A stretch of DNA of 64,000 nucleotides from an uncultured Chromatiales bacterium. GTDB lineage: Bacteria; Bacteroidota; Ignavibacteria; SZUA-365; CAYQST01. This document shows positions 55,533 to 64,000 of this stretch, piece by piece. How positions within the stretch are numbered: the first letter of the stretch is position 1; each line of letters begins with the position of its first letter. The DNA lies in assembly GCA_964420295.1 (NCBI GenBank), contig CAYQST010000010.1, positions 6,554 through 70,553 on the forward strand, in the 5' to 3' direction. The position numbers and the translations under genes were made by a program. The notes beneath the pieces were generated by a model that searched no databases, was not told the DNA's origin, and saw only the letters and a list, made by a program, of their open reading frames with translations.

Positions 55533-56998
55533 AGCTGTTCCGGTCCTCGGTAGGAAAGCAGATTTCCTACGTTGTCGTGGGCGATGCACTGACCGTTCTC
55601 GCAATCACCGTTGCGGGAATGATCCTGGCGCGGGTGATCAGCAAGGCCGATATGGGCACCTATCGTCAGGTGACCTATCTGACGGCCTTCGCGATGAATC
55701 TCGTGGAGTTCGGACTCTCGGCGAGCATTTATCGTTTCTGGAATTTGTTGGATGAAGACCGACGAACGGTGTTTGTCAAGAGTTTGACCCTCTTTGCCGG
55801 GATTGCGGGATTGGTGAGTTTGGTGGGACTGGCTGTAGTGGGCGAGCCCCTGGCCACGGCCTATCACAATCCCGAACTGGCGTTGGCCATTCTGATCGCG
55901 GCAGCCTGGCCCCTGGCGCAGATTCCGCTGATGTTTCTCCGGCCCGTGCTGATCTCGAAGGGCGCGTCCTTCAAAGCCACCACCCTCGAGGCGGTGTTCA
56001 CCACGGTGCCGGTGTTCGCTCTCATCGCGCCTCTGTTCTTCGGATGGAGTTTTCTCGATGCCCTGATTCTGTGGATGGTGGTGAGCGCATTGCGGCTCGT
56101 GGCGGTGCCGATGTTTCTCGGGACGTATTACCGCAGGCCGGGACCCTGGTGGGATCGGTCCTTGGTACGCGAAGTGTGGGATTACATCTGGCCCATCCAG
56201 GTCAGTCGGTTGCCGGGAATTTTTTCCCGCAACATCGACCAGTTTGTCATGTCTTTTCTTCTCCCTCCCCATGCCTTCGCCATTTACGCGATCGGAGCGA
56301 GGGAGCTTCCCCTCGTCGGTACCATCGGCCCATCGGTGTCGAGTGTCCTCATTCCCCACATGGTGGAGGACTATCAGCGGGGAGACATGCGAAGGATCTG
56401 CGAACGCTGGAAGAACGCCGTGCTCCGCACCTCGTTGCTCACCTATCCCATTGCGGCCATCTCGGTGGTGTTTGCCGGCGCGATCATGAGTTTTCTTTTC
56501 TCGGACGCATACGAGGAGAGTCGGATTCCCTTTCAAATTTTTTCCCTTATCACCCTCGTGCGTGTGATCGACTACGCGAGCATCGCGAAGGTGATCGGAA
56601 AGACGACCCACATCATGAAATCCGCGTTCCTTTCCTCGGCCTCGATTTTCGTGCTGGCCTGGCCCTTCGTGGCTTTGTGGGGAATTGCGGGGATGGCGAC
56701 GGTGGTGTTTCTCAGTTACGTGATCGGGGCTCTGTATTACCTGGTCGTGTATCGTCGCGCCTTCGGCATGAGACTGTTCTCGTTCTTTCCTCTCCACATC
56801 ATGGTTTTGCTCACGGTCTACTCCTTCGCCTGCGCCTTTGCCGGGCAATGGATCGGGGCCCGGATCCTTCCGCCTCAACCTCATCATTTTCTGTCGCTCG
56901 GACTCTGGCTCGCGGTGCAGGTAACGATCGTGACGCTGTTGTATAGTCTCATTTTCATTCCACGCAAGACCCGCACCTTGCTCTTTCAGGGAGCCTGA
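55529..56998 (+). CDS. Wzx-type flippase 2
   Basis: Multi-TM; MGTYRQV, IDQFVMS..L.P..FAIYAIG. Confidence 0.82.
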   Translation: MKLFRSSVGKQISYVVVGDALTVLAITVAGMILARVISKADMGTYRQVTYLTAFAMNLVEFGLSASIYRFWNLLDEDRRTVFVKSLTLFAGIAGLVSLVGLAVVGEPLATAYHNPELALAILIAAAWPLAQIPLMFLRPVLISKGASFKATTLEAVFTTVPVFALIAPLFFGWSFLDALILWMVVSALRLVAVPMFLGTYYRRPGPWWDRSLVREVWDYIWPIQVSRLPGIFSRNIDQFVMSFLLPPHAFAIYAIGARELPLVGTIGPSVSSVLIPHMVEDYQRGDMRRICERWKNAVLRTSLLTYPIAAISVVFAGAIMSFLFSDAYEESRIPFQIFSLITLVRVIDYASIAKVIGKTTHIMKSAFLSSASIFVLAWPFVALWGIAGMATVVFLSYVIGALYYLVVYRRAFGMRLFSFFPLHIMVLLTVYSFACAFAGQWIGARILPPQPHHFLSLGLWLAVQVTIVTLLYSLIFIPRKTRTLLFQGA

Positions 56999-56999
56999 G

Positions 57000-58283
57000 A
57001 TGACGGAACGTCCTCCTCGTTTGCTCTTTGTCGTTCGATCGTTTCCACCCATCGCCAGCACCGCTGCCACGCGGTCCCGCAATCTCACCACCGCGTTGCT
57101 CGATCTGGGCTGGGACATCACGGTACTGACTCTGGATCCCGCGATGATGGATCCCACGGTAGTGGACGAGGGAATCGCGATTCGCCACGAGCGTCTGCAT
57201 GTTCGGTACACAGGCCATCGCCGTCGCTTTCTTCTGCCGGGGTACTTTCGCGAAAGTCCCTATCCAGTCATCCGCAAGGGACTGCGATTGGTGCAGCGCG
57301 TGTATGGTCGGCTGCATCTGAACCGGGACGCGGGGTGGATTGCTCCCCTCGCCTCGGCCCTGCGGAAATTGGATGGAGAGGATTTCGATGCCGTGGTGGT
57401 GACCGGTCCCCCGTTTGTGGCGTTTCCCATAGTGGCGGACTATGCACGACGCAACGGTCGCCGCCTCTTTTTGGATTATCGCGATCCCTGGACCATCAAC
57501 GCTCATGGCGAGGGAGCGGTGTCACCCACCCTGCTCGCCCGGGAGAGAGCGATTTTGGAGGGCGCCGAGAAGGCGGTATTTGTTTCTGAGCCCTGGGCGA
57601 AAGCGGTACAGGAGGTTCATGGATTCGCCTTTCCCTATGCCGTGATCTCCAATGGCTACGATCCTGCCCGTTTTGTGGGAGTAGAGGCCGAGGTTCCTGC
57701 CCGACCTACCTTTGTGTATGCCGGGGTGCTCTATCCACCTAAGAGGGTGTTGGATCCCGTGATCGAGGCGATGAAGATTCTGAACGTCGAGCTTGGTTGC
57801 GATGCGGCGTTGCACGTGTACGGTCCAGGAAAGGACGAGATCACTGCTGCCATTCACCAGCGGAACGCAGGTGCCGTGGTGGAGTACAAGGGCTTCCGAC
57901 CTCAGGGCGAAATCTTTCGTGCCATCAAGGGAGCCGCAGGCTCGGTGGTCATCACGAGCGTCTTCCGCGACGGGGATCAGTTGGATCGGGGGATCGTAAC
58001 CGGAAAAATATTCGAGAGCATGGGGCTTCGATCTCCCATCCTGCTCATCGCCCCCGAGGGCAGCGAGGCGAGGAAGGTGGTGGAGTCCAGCCAATGTGGT
58101 TTTTCGACAACGGGAGAGGATCCGCGCCATATCGCATCTCTGCTCGCGAAGATGGTTGAGAACCCAAACCAGTTCTCTTTCGCGGGCTCCGAGCAATACA
58201 GTTGGAAAGCACTCATCGGGAGATATCATCGCATCCTGCGTCCCGATGGAACACCGGACGATGATTGTGGAAAGGGCAAGTAA
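57000..58283 (+). CDS. Glycosyltransferase (GT4-like)
   Basis: RSFPP, VVTGPPF, LDYRDPW, ISNGYD, TGKIFE. Confidence 0.85.
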   Translation: MTERPPRLLFVVRSFPPIASTAATRSRNLTTALLDLGWDITVLTLDPAMMDPTVVDEGIAIRHERLHVRYTGHRRRFLLPGYFRESPYPVIRKGLRLVQRVYGRLHLNRDAGWIAPLASALRKLDGEDFDAVVVTGPPFVAFPIVADYARRNGRRLFLDYRDPWTINAHGEGAVSPTLLARERAILEGAEKAVFVSEPWAKAVQEVHGFAFPYAVISNGYDPARFVGVEAEVPARPTFVYAGVLYPPKRVLDPVIEAMKILNVELGCDAALHVYGPGKDEITAAIHQRNAGAVVEYKGFRPQGEIFRAIKGAAGSVVITSVFRDGDQLDRGIVTGKIFESMGLRSPILLIAPEGSEARKVVESSQCGFSTTGEDPRHIASLLAKMVENPNQFSFAGSEQYSWKALIGRYHRILRPDGTPDDDCGKGK

Positions 58284-59600
58284 ATGATCATTGACGAGCA
58301 TCCCGCGATCGCGGTCTCCTCAAAGGAGATTCAGAAGGCGAAGAGGCGCAATCTCACGATTCGCCTTACCGAGGTGGCCCTGATTATCTTCTTTATGGGC
58401 TCGGTGATTTTCGAAATTCCGGAACTGGGTGGGCTGCTTACGATGGTGAAGGCCTTCGGGATCATGTTCGCCCTGCTCGGATTTCACAACATTCAGTTCC
58501 ATCCCCTCTCCCCCACAGCAAAGAGAATCTTCAAGTATCAGCTCGCCTTTTTGGCCTGGCTGCTGCTGACCGGAATTTTCGTCAGCCTGGACTACGAGTT
58601 GTTCTGGGGCACGTACCGTTCCGTGCTGCAGGGGGTGGCCCTGAGTTTCGGGATTTCCACCTATATCGTCCTGAAGCGGAAGGAGGAACTGATCTTCGTC
58701 AGCTTCGCGCTCGTCACGATTCTGTTGGCCTATTATTCCTACTCGATGGGAGAGTTTTCGGTGGGAGCCCTATTGAGGGAAGGCAAGCGAGCGACCTCCA
58801 TTCTCGCCAATCCCAACTATCTCGGTGTTTTGGCCGTGTACGGCATGTTCGCGATCGCCTATCTGTGGCATCGCATGAGGAGGCGCTATCGTCTGCTTCT
58901 CTTGATCCCCGCCGCGATGGACCTGGCCCTCATCGTCATCTCGGCGTCTCGCAAGGCCTTTCTGGCCATGACGGTGTTCGCGGTGCTGTATCTCCTGCTC
59001 TGCAATGCAGGAGTAGCGAAGCGGAAAATTCGACTCCTGTTCGGCATGGTGGTTCTCGTCGTTGCGATGAGCTATCTGATGGACTACGTTCGTGAAAACA
59101 CCTATCTCGGGCGTCGGTGGGAAAAGCTGGAAACAAACGAGGATCTCGGAGAAGGTCGGGAAACACTGATCGACGAAGGGTGGGAACGAACATTGGGGAG
59201 TCCCCTCATCGGGATCGGCCTGGCCAACTTCCAGATGGTGTCGGACGAAGGTCAGGTGACGCATTCCGACTACATTGAAGTGCTCGTGTCGTCGGGATTT
59301 CCGGGACTGATCCTCTATCTCATTCCCTACTTCATCATCCTGAGGCGGGTACTGCGCATTCGGCGAACCACGGAAGAACCCGACGTAAAATTTCTGATGG
59401 GACTCTTCCTGGCGATCCTCATTACCACCTTCGTGAATGGGACGAGCTTCATGAACTTCGTCTCCTACGCGCACTGGATCATGTTCTCGGCCATCCTGGG
59501 CGCCACGGAATACATCGACGAAACCAATCCCCGCGTTCCCGCTCCCCAACCACGACCGCCATATGGCGCCCACCTGGTGCCTCCCGGTATGCGTGCGTGA
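58284..59600 (+). CDS. O-antigen ligase / Wzy polymerase family protein
   Basis: Multi-TM; NPNYLG, SASRKAF, PLIGIGLANF, HSDYIEVLVSSGFPG. Confidence 0.85.
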   Translation: MIIDEHPAIAVSSKEIQKAKRRNLTIRLTEVALIIFFMGSVIFEIPELGGLLTMVKAFGIMFALLGFHNIQFHPLSPTAKRIFKYQLAFLAWLLLTGIFVSLDYELFWGTYRSVLQGVALSFGISTYIVLKRKEELIFVSFALVTILLAYYSYSMGEFSVGALLREGKRATSILANPNYLGVLAVYGMFAIAYLWHRMRRRYRLLLLIPAAMDLALIVISASRKAFLAMTVFAVLYLLLCNAGVAKRKIRLLFGMVVLVVAMSYLMDYVRENTYLGRRWEKLETNEDLGEGRETLIDEGWERTLGSPLIGIGLANFQMVSDEGQVTHSDYIEVLVSSGFPGLILYLIPYFIILRRVLRIRRTTEEPDVKFLMGLFLAILITTFVNGTSFMNFVSYAHWIMFSAILGATEYIDETNPRVPAPQPRPPYGAHLVPPGMRA

Positions 59601-59622
59601 TGGGATTTTTCGGGGAAGTGCG

Positions 59623-60438
59623 ATGACCGCCGACACCTATGCCCGGCAGCAGTCCCGATACTACACGGGACAGGTGCATGAACACGATGGGGTGTGGTGG
59701 TTTTCGTGGACCCCGCAGTACTGCAAGCCGGTGCTGCCCTACGAGCCCGTGCCCCATCCCGACGTGCGCCCCGCACCCTCCCGCAGTGTGCTTGGATATG
59801 GCATGGTGGTGCCCGAAGGACATCCCGCCAACGATCAGGTGCATGTGATGGTGCGGTGTGCTCCCGAGCCCGGCGAGCTCTATTCTCTGAAGGATGTCGA
59901 GAAGTCCAAGCGAAGTCAGGTTCGCAAGGGACTGACCCGGTGCGAAGTAGGGCGGATTACGGATCTGGAGCCCTGGATCGGGGACTTGAAGGACATCAAC
60001 ATTTCGACTCATGAACGCACCAGGTATGGCCGGCCCGCGTCCTACTACACCGAGAAGTACGACGAATGGAAGCGAGGCATTCTGGCCCTGTTCGCGGTGG
60101 AGGAGAGGGATTGGTGGGGAGCCTGGCACGAAGGGCATCTGGTGGCCTTCCTGTACGGATACGAAGTGGAAGGGGTGTATTACATCGACACCTTCAAGAG
60201 TAACAGTGCCGCCTTTCACGCCAGTCCCAACGACGCCCTGCAATATCATGTGATGGAACAGGCGTTGAATGTCCGCTCCTGTCGTGAGGTGATCAACAGC
60301 GAGTGGGCGGAATCGAATCCCAAACTCAACGCGTACAAGGAACAGTTCGGCTTCGTCAAACAGACCCGGCCCATGGTGAAGCACCTCAATCCTCTCGTGC
60401 GTCCGTTTCTCGGTCTCGCCAAGAAGCTGTTTCCGTAG
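59623..60438 (+). CDS. GNAT/FemAB-like acyltransferase
   Basis: KRSQVRKGL, GHLVAF, PNDALQYHVM, LNAYKEQFGF. Confidence 0.7.
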   Translation: MTADTYARQQSRYYTGQVHEHDGVWWFSWTPQYCKPVLPYEPVPHPDVRPAPSRSVLGYGMVVPEGHPANDQVHVMVRCAPEPGELYSLKDVEKSKRSQVRKGLTRCEVGRITDLEPWIGDLKDINISTHERTRYGRPASYYTEKYDEWKRGILALFAVEERDWWGAWHEGHLVAFLYGYEVEGVYYIDTFKSNSAAFHASPNDALQYHVMEQALNVRSCREVINSEWAESNPKLNAYKEQFGFVKQTRPMVKHLNPLVRPFLGLAKKLFP

Positions 60439-60446
60439 AGCCGTCC

Positions 60447-61781
60447 GTGAGCTCCCTTCTTCGCACCAGTTCCTTTTCCATTCTGGCCCAGGGCATCCAG
60501 TTCGTGACCTCGATCGCCAGTGGCATTGTCCTGTCGCGGGTGCTGGGTCCCTCGGGCAAGGGCGAGGTGTTTCTTGTCATCCAATATGCCTCCATCCTGA
60601 GTCTCGTGTTTTCGTTCGGGCTGGGACCGTCCTATCTCTTTCACCTGAAGAAGAAGGTCCTCACCCTCACCGAAGCTCTGGTTCACGCCTCCTCTCTCAT
60701 TCTCATCGTTGGCCTGCTGGGATTCGGATTGTTCCTACTGTATCCGGAGGCCTATCGAGTGCTGACCGGATCGAGTCTCGATCGCACTCTGATCGGTGTG
60801 ATGGTTACCCTCACGGTGTTCCAGCTTCTTTCTCTGTTGCAGGGGTATATGCTGATGAGCACCGACGACGGGGTGTCCTGGTCCTCGGGGTTCAGTTCCG
60901 TGGCGAGTCTGGGCTATCTCACCGGGATCGTCTTGTGTGTCGCCGTATGGAAATGGGGTCCTCTCGGTGCACTCTTCGCCACCTTTCTTCATGTGGGAAT
61001 AAAGACCACGCCCGGACTCTGGATGGTGGTGAGGCGGCGGGTTGGTGATAACGCGACACAGGTGTTTCGCAAGACGCCGATCCTGGTGAAGTACGGGCTG
61101 GCGTCCTTTTTCGCCAACGTGATGATGACGAGCGTGCTTCGGGTGGACACCTTTCTGCTCAATGCCATGAAGGGAGTGGGGGAGGTGGGAGTATACTCCA
61201 ACGCGGTGAATCTGGCAGAACTGGTGTTGATGATCCCGACGGCTCTCGGCACGGCCATCTTTCCACACATGTCGGGACGGAGCAACGACGAAAACCTGCC
61301 CCTGTTGGCGATGACCACCCGACTGACCCTTCTCCTGGGCGCGGTGGGCGCGGTGGGACTGGCGATGATCGGCCGTCCGCTCATTATCCTGGCCTTCGGC
61401 GAAGCCTTCGCGGGGGCCTATGTACCGATGCTGCTTCTTCTGCCCGGGGTGATCGCCATGAGCGCCATCATCAGCGGGTTCGCCAATTACATCAGCAGTT
61501 CCGGCCAGCCCGTGCTCAATGCCTGGGTGTTGGGCCTCGGCACTGTGCTCAACATTGCCATCAACGCTGCACTTATCCCCCCCTTCGGAATCCACGGCGC
61601 GGCCCTCGCGTCCTCGATCGCCTATATCATGATTCTCGCCCTGTATTTTCGTGTGATTCGACGCACCGGCGTTCTGCTCGCCGCACGGGATGCCCTCGTG
61701 CCTCGGCGGGAGGATGTGGAAATCCTCGTGCACAAAGCCCGAACGGCTCTGGCCTCGCGGCGCGGAAAGGGGCAACGCTAG
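60447..61781 (+). CDS. Wzx-type flippase 3
   Basis: SRVLGPSGKG, RVDTFLLN...EVGVYS, PPFGIHGAALASSIAY; GTG start inferred. Confidence 0.85.
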   Translation: MSSLLRTSSFSILAQGIQFVTSIASGIVLSRVLGPSGKGEVFLVIQYASILSLVFSFGLGPSYLFHLKKKVLTLTEALVHASSLILIVGLLGFGLFLLYPEAYRVLTGSSLDRTLIGVMVTLTVFQLLSLLQGYMLMSTDDGVSWSSGFSSVASLGYLTGIVLCVAVWKWGPLGALFATFLHVGIKTTPGLWMVVRRRVGDNATQVFRKTPILVKYGLASFFANVMMTSVLRVDTFLLNAMKGVGEVGVYSNAVNLAELVLMIPTALGTAIFPHMSGRSNDENLPLLAMTTRLTLLLGAVGAVGLAMIGRPLIILAFGEAFAGAYVPMLLLLPGVIAMSAIISGFANYISSSGQPVLNAWVLGLGTVLNIAINAALIPPFGIHGAALASSIAYIMILALYFRVIRRTGVLLAARDALVPRREDVEILVHKARTALASRRGKGQR

Positions 61782-61782
61782 C

Positions 61783-63711
61783 ATGTGTGGGTTTCTCGCG
61801 GTGATGGAGCCGGGAGGAGTCGAGGTCCGGACCTGTGTTCGGGCGCTTCGCACCCTGCGGCACCGGGGTCCCGACGACGAAGGAGTTCTGCTCGTGGACT
61901 CCACGTTTCGTGAGGCACGACCCTGCCGCACGGAGGAATCCACGTCGATCGATCTTCCCGAACTCGATCCCTCGGCACCGGCCTCCCTGTTTCTGGGGCA
62001 CCGCCGTCTCTCGATTCTCGATGTGAGTTCCGCCGGCCATCAGCCGATGTCCGACGCATCGGGGGAAGTCTGGATCACCTATAACGGAGAAGTGTACAAC
62101 TACCTGGAGCTGCGGGAGCAGCTGCGGGACCGGGGCTGGACCTTTCGCACCGGCACCGACACGGAGGTGATTCTCGCGGCCTGGCGGGAATGGGGTATTG
62201 CCATGGTGGAGCGCTTCACGGGCATGTTCGCCTTCGCACTCTGGGATCTGCCCACCCGTACGCTGTGGCTGGTTCGGGATCCCTTTGGCATCAAGCCCCT
62301 GTACTGGAAAAAGACCGAGCGCGGCCTCCGTGCCGCCTCGGAGCTGAAAGCCCTCCTCCGTCTCGAAGAGCAGCGTCCCGCGCCGAATGAGGACACGGTG
62401 CTCACCTTTCTCGATCTGGCCGTCAGCGATGCCGAGCGATCGACCTTCTTTCGCGGCATTGAACAGGTGCCTCCCGGATCCTGGGTGCGGATACGTCTGG
62501 ACGACGGGACCGTGACGGAAGGACGGTATTGGAGTCCCGGTGCGGATGTGGACGAAGGATTGGACTGGGACAATGCCCGGCGTCAGGTACGTGAGCTGGT
62601 GGTGGACAGTGTGGACAAGCATTTGCGCAGCGATGTTCCTGTGGGAGCCTGCCTGTCGGGAGGCATCGATTCGTCGACCCTCGTGTCCTGCATGCGGCAT
62701 CTGCACGACGAGCTCCCCATTCACGGCATTAGCTTCATCGCCGAGGATCCCCGCATCAGTGAAGAAAAGTGGATCGCCGCGGTGGTCCGGGAAAAGCGGG
62801 CGACCCTGCATCCGGTGACGCCCCGGGCGGAGGACTTTGTTGCGGACCTTCCCACTCTCATCCGTCATCAGGACGAGCCCTTTTGCACCACGAGCATCTA
62901 TGCGCAGTATCGGGTGTTTCAGGAAGCGCGGGCCCAGGGGGTGACGGTGATGCTCGACGGGCAGGGAGCCGACGAACTCTTCGCGGGGTACACCTCGTTC
63001 TACATCCCCCGCCTGCGCCGCGAACTCCTTCATCTGCGCCTGGCCGCCGTGAGACGCCTCGCGGCGGGCTATGGACTCGCGAGCGGGATCTCTCCTTCGG
63101 AGGCCATTCGGGCCGCAGTACCGGGACTCGCCCCTCGCGTCATCCGGAGACTCCTGCGTGGGAAGAGGACCCAGAACAAGCCCTGGCTCGCGGGCCGGGC
63201 CCGGCAGGCGGAGGCTGACCTCGATCGCGATCCCACGAACCTCAACGCCGTGCTCAACGAATCCCTCACCTTCACCTCCCTGCCCATGCTGCTGCGTTTC
63301 GAGGATCGCAACTCTATGGCGCATTCCATCGAGAGCCGGGTGCCCTTCCTTACCACGGCGATTGCGGACCTCGTGCGCCGCTGTGCGCCGTCCCACCTCA
63401 TCTCACCCGATGGCGTTACCAAGCATGTCCTGCGCGAGGCCATGCGGGGCATCGTGCCGGATCTGATTCTGGATCGAAGAGATAAGATCGGCTTCAAGCC
63501 CCCCGAGGCCGACTGGATGCGGGGCATGGCACAACGGGTAACCGACGTGTTCGACGGCGCGAGAACGGACCAGTTTCCGATGGTCCGATTGGACCTCGTG
63601 CGAACCCACTGGCGGGACATCGTGCGTGGAGAGCGCGCCTACGCCACAGAGATGTGGAGACTGTTCAACCTCTATGTCTGGGCCGACCAGATGCACGACA
63701 CGCTCGACTGA
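61783..63711 (+). CDS. asnB: Asparagine synthase (glutamine-hydrolysing)-like amidotransferase
   Basis: N-terminal MCG, HRGPD, HRRLSILD, CLSGGIDSS, DGQGADE, SIESRVPF. Confidence 0.93.
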   Translation: MCGFLAVMEPGGVEVRTCVRALRTLRHRGPDDEGVLLVDSTFREARPCRTEESTSIDLPELDPSAPASLFLGHRRLSILDVSSAGHQPMSDASGEVWITYNGEVYNYLELREQLRDRGWTFRTGTDTEVILAAWREWGIAMVERFTGMFAFALWDLPTRTLWLVRDPFGIKPLYWKKTERGLRAASELKALLRLEEQRPAPNEDTVLTFLDLAVSDAERSTFFRGIEQVPPGSWVRIRLDDGTVTEGRYWSPGADVDEGLDWDNARRQVRELVVDSVDKHLRSDVPVGACLSGGIDSSTLVSCMRHLHDELPIHGISFIAEDPRISEEKWIAAVVREKRATLHPVTPRAEDFVADLPTLIRHQDEPFCTTSIYAQYRVFQEARAQGVTVMLDGQGADELFAGYTSFYIPRLRRELLHLRLAAVRRLAAGYGLASGISPSEAIRAAVPGLAPRVIRRLLRGKRTQNKPWLAGRARQAEADLDRDPTNLNAVLNESLTFTSLPMLLRFEDRNSMAHSIESRVPFLTTAIADLVRRCAPSHLISPDGVTKHVLREAMRGIVPDLILDRRDKIGFKPPEADWMRGMAQRVTDVFDGARTDQFPMVRLDLVRTHWRDIVRGERAYATEMWRLFNLYVWADQMHDTLD

Positions 63712-63714
63712 TCC

Positions 63715-64000
63715 ATGGGTTCCGACCTTCGCATTCTCCTGCTCGCACGATCCTTCCCACCGGGGGAGAGTGTCGCCGCCCTGCGGGCCCGCCACCTCGC
63801 CACGCATCTCGTACGCCTGGGATGTGAGGTCGAGGTCGTGACCGTGGATCCCGTCCTGTTGGAACGGCCCGGTGTGCCCTGGCACGAGGGCAGCAGCGGG
63901 GCGCGGGTTCGGTATTCGGGACATCGCGGCCGAGTTCTGTTGCCGGGCTATCTCCGCTATGGAATGGGGTGGAAGGCGACCCGTCTCGATCGCATAGCCC
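63715..64000 (+). CDS. Glycosyltransferase, 3' end outside the window; paralog of 57000-58283
   Basis: MGSDLRILLLARSFPP...VTVDP...VRYSGHRGRVLLPGY. Confidence 0.8.
   Translation, partial: MGSDLRILLLARSFPPGESVAALRARHLATHLVRLGCEVEVVTVDPVLLERPGVPWHEGSSGARVRYSGHRGRVLLPGYLRYGMGWKATRLDRIA

Noticed and set aside
1-64000. tRNA, rRNA, transposase or prophage genes
   Set aside because: None recognised; the intergenic spaces are short and explained by promoters, hairpins or repeats. tRNAscan and Infernal were not run.

Overview
About 62% GC bacterial chromosomal segment, most likely from the Bacteroidota/Ignavibacteria (FCB) lineage: it carries a T9SS C-terminal sorting domain, a UpxY-type antiterminator, homodimeric GlyRS and TAnnTTTG-like promoter boxes. 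Order of contents: end of a porin gene, pstSCAB-phoU, a pspC/liaF-like envelope stress pair, an unannotated 37-aa membrane protein behind a RAPP-ending leader ORF, an FAD dehydrogenase, a repeat-rich secreted protein, glyQS, an AT-richer three-gene operon ending in a T9SS cargo, cyclophilin, DUF362, nrdJ, anmK, priA, a TonB-domain protein, ahpCD, ppk2, an NYN nuclease, ftcD, cytochrome c, hemW-lepB-lepB-lepA, etfBA, a DUF151 nuclease, and from 45.7 kb a long UpxY-headed surface polysaccharide locus running off the window. No rRNA, tRNA, CRISPR array, transposase or integrase was recognised. The most unusual signals are three. (1) A dispersed family of GTRAAGN heptamer arrays, plus a GTGAATNN octamer relative, that overlap gene stop codons, bracket a four-helix-bundle gene as inverted arms and bracket the AT-rich operon as composite palindromes. 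(2) A candidate RAPP arrest-peptide attenuator controlling a small membrane protein. (3) A translationally coupled operon of unknown function with a C12 tract in its first gene. All counts are by hand and no database searches were run.
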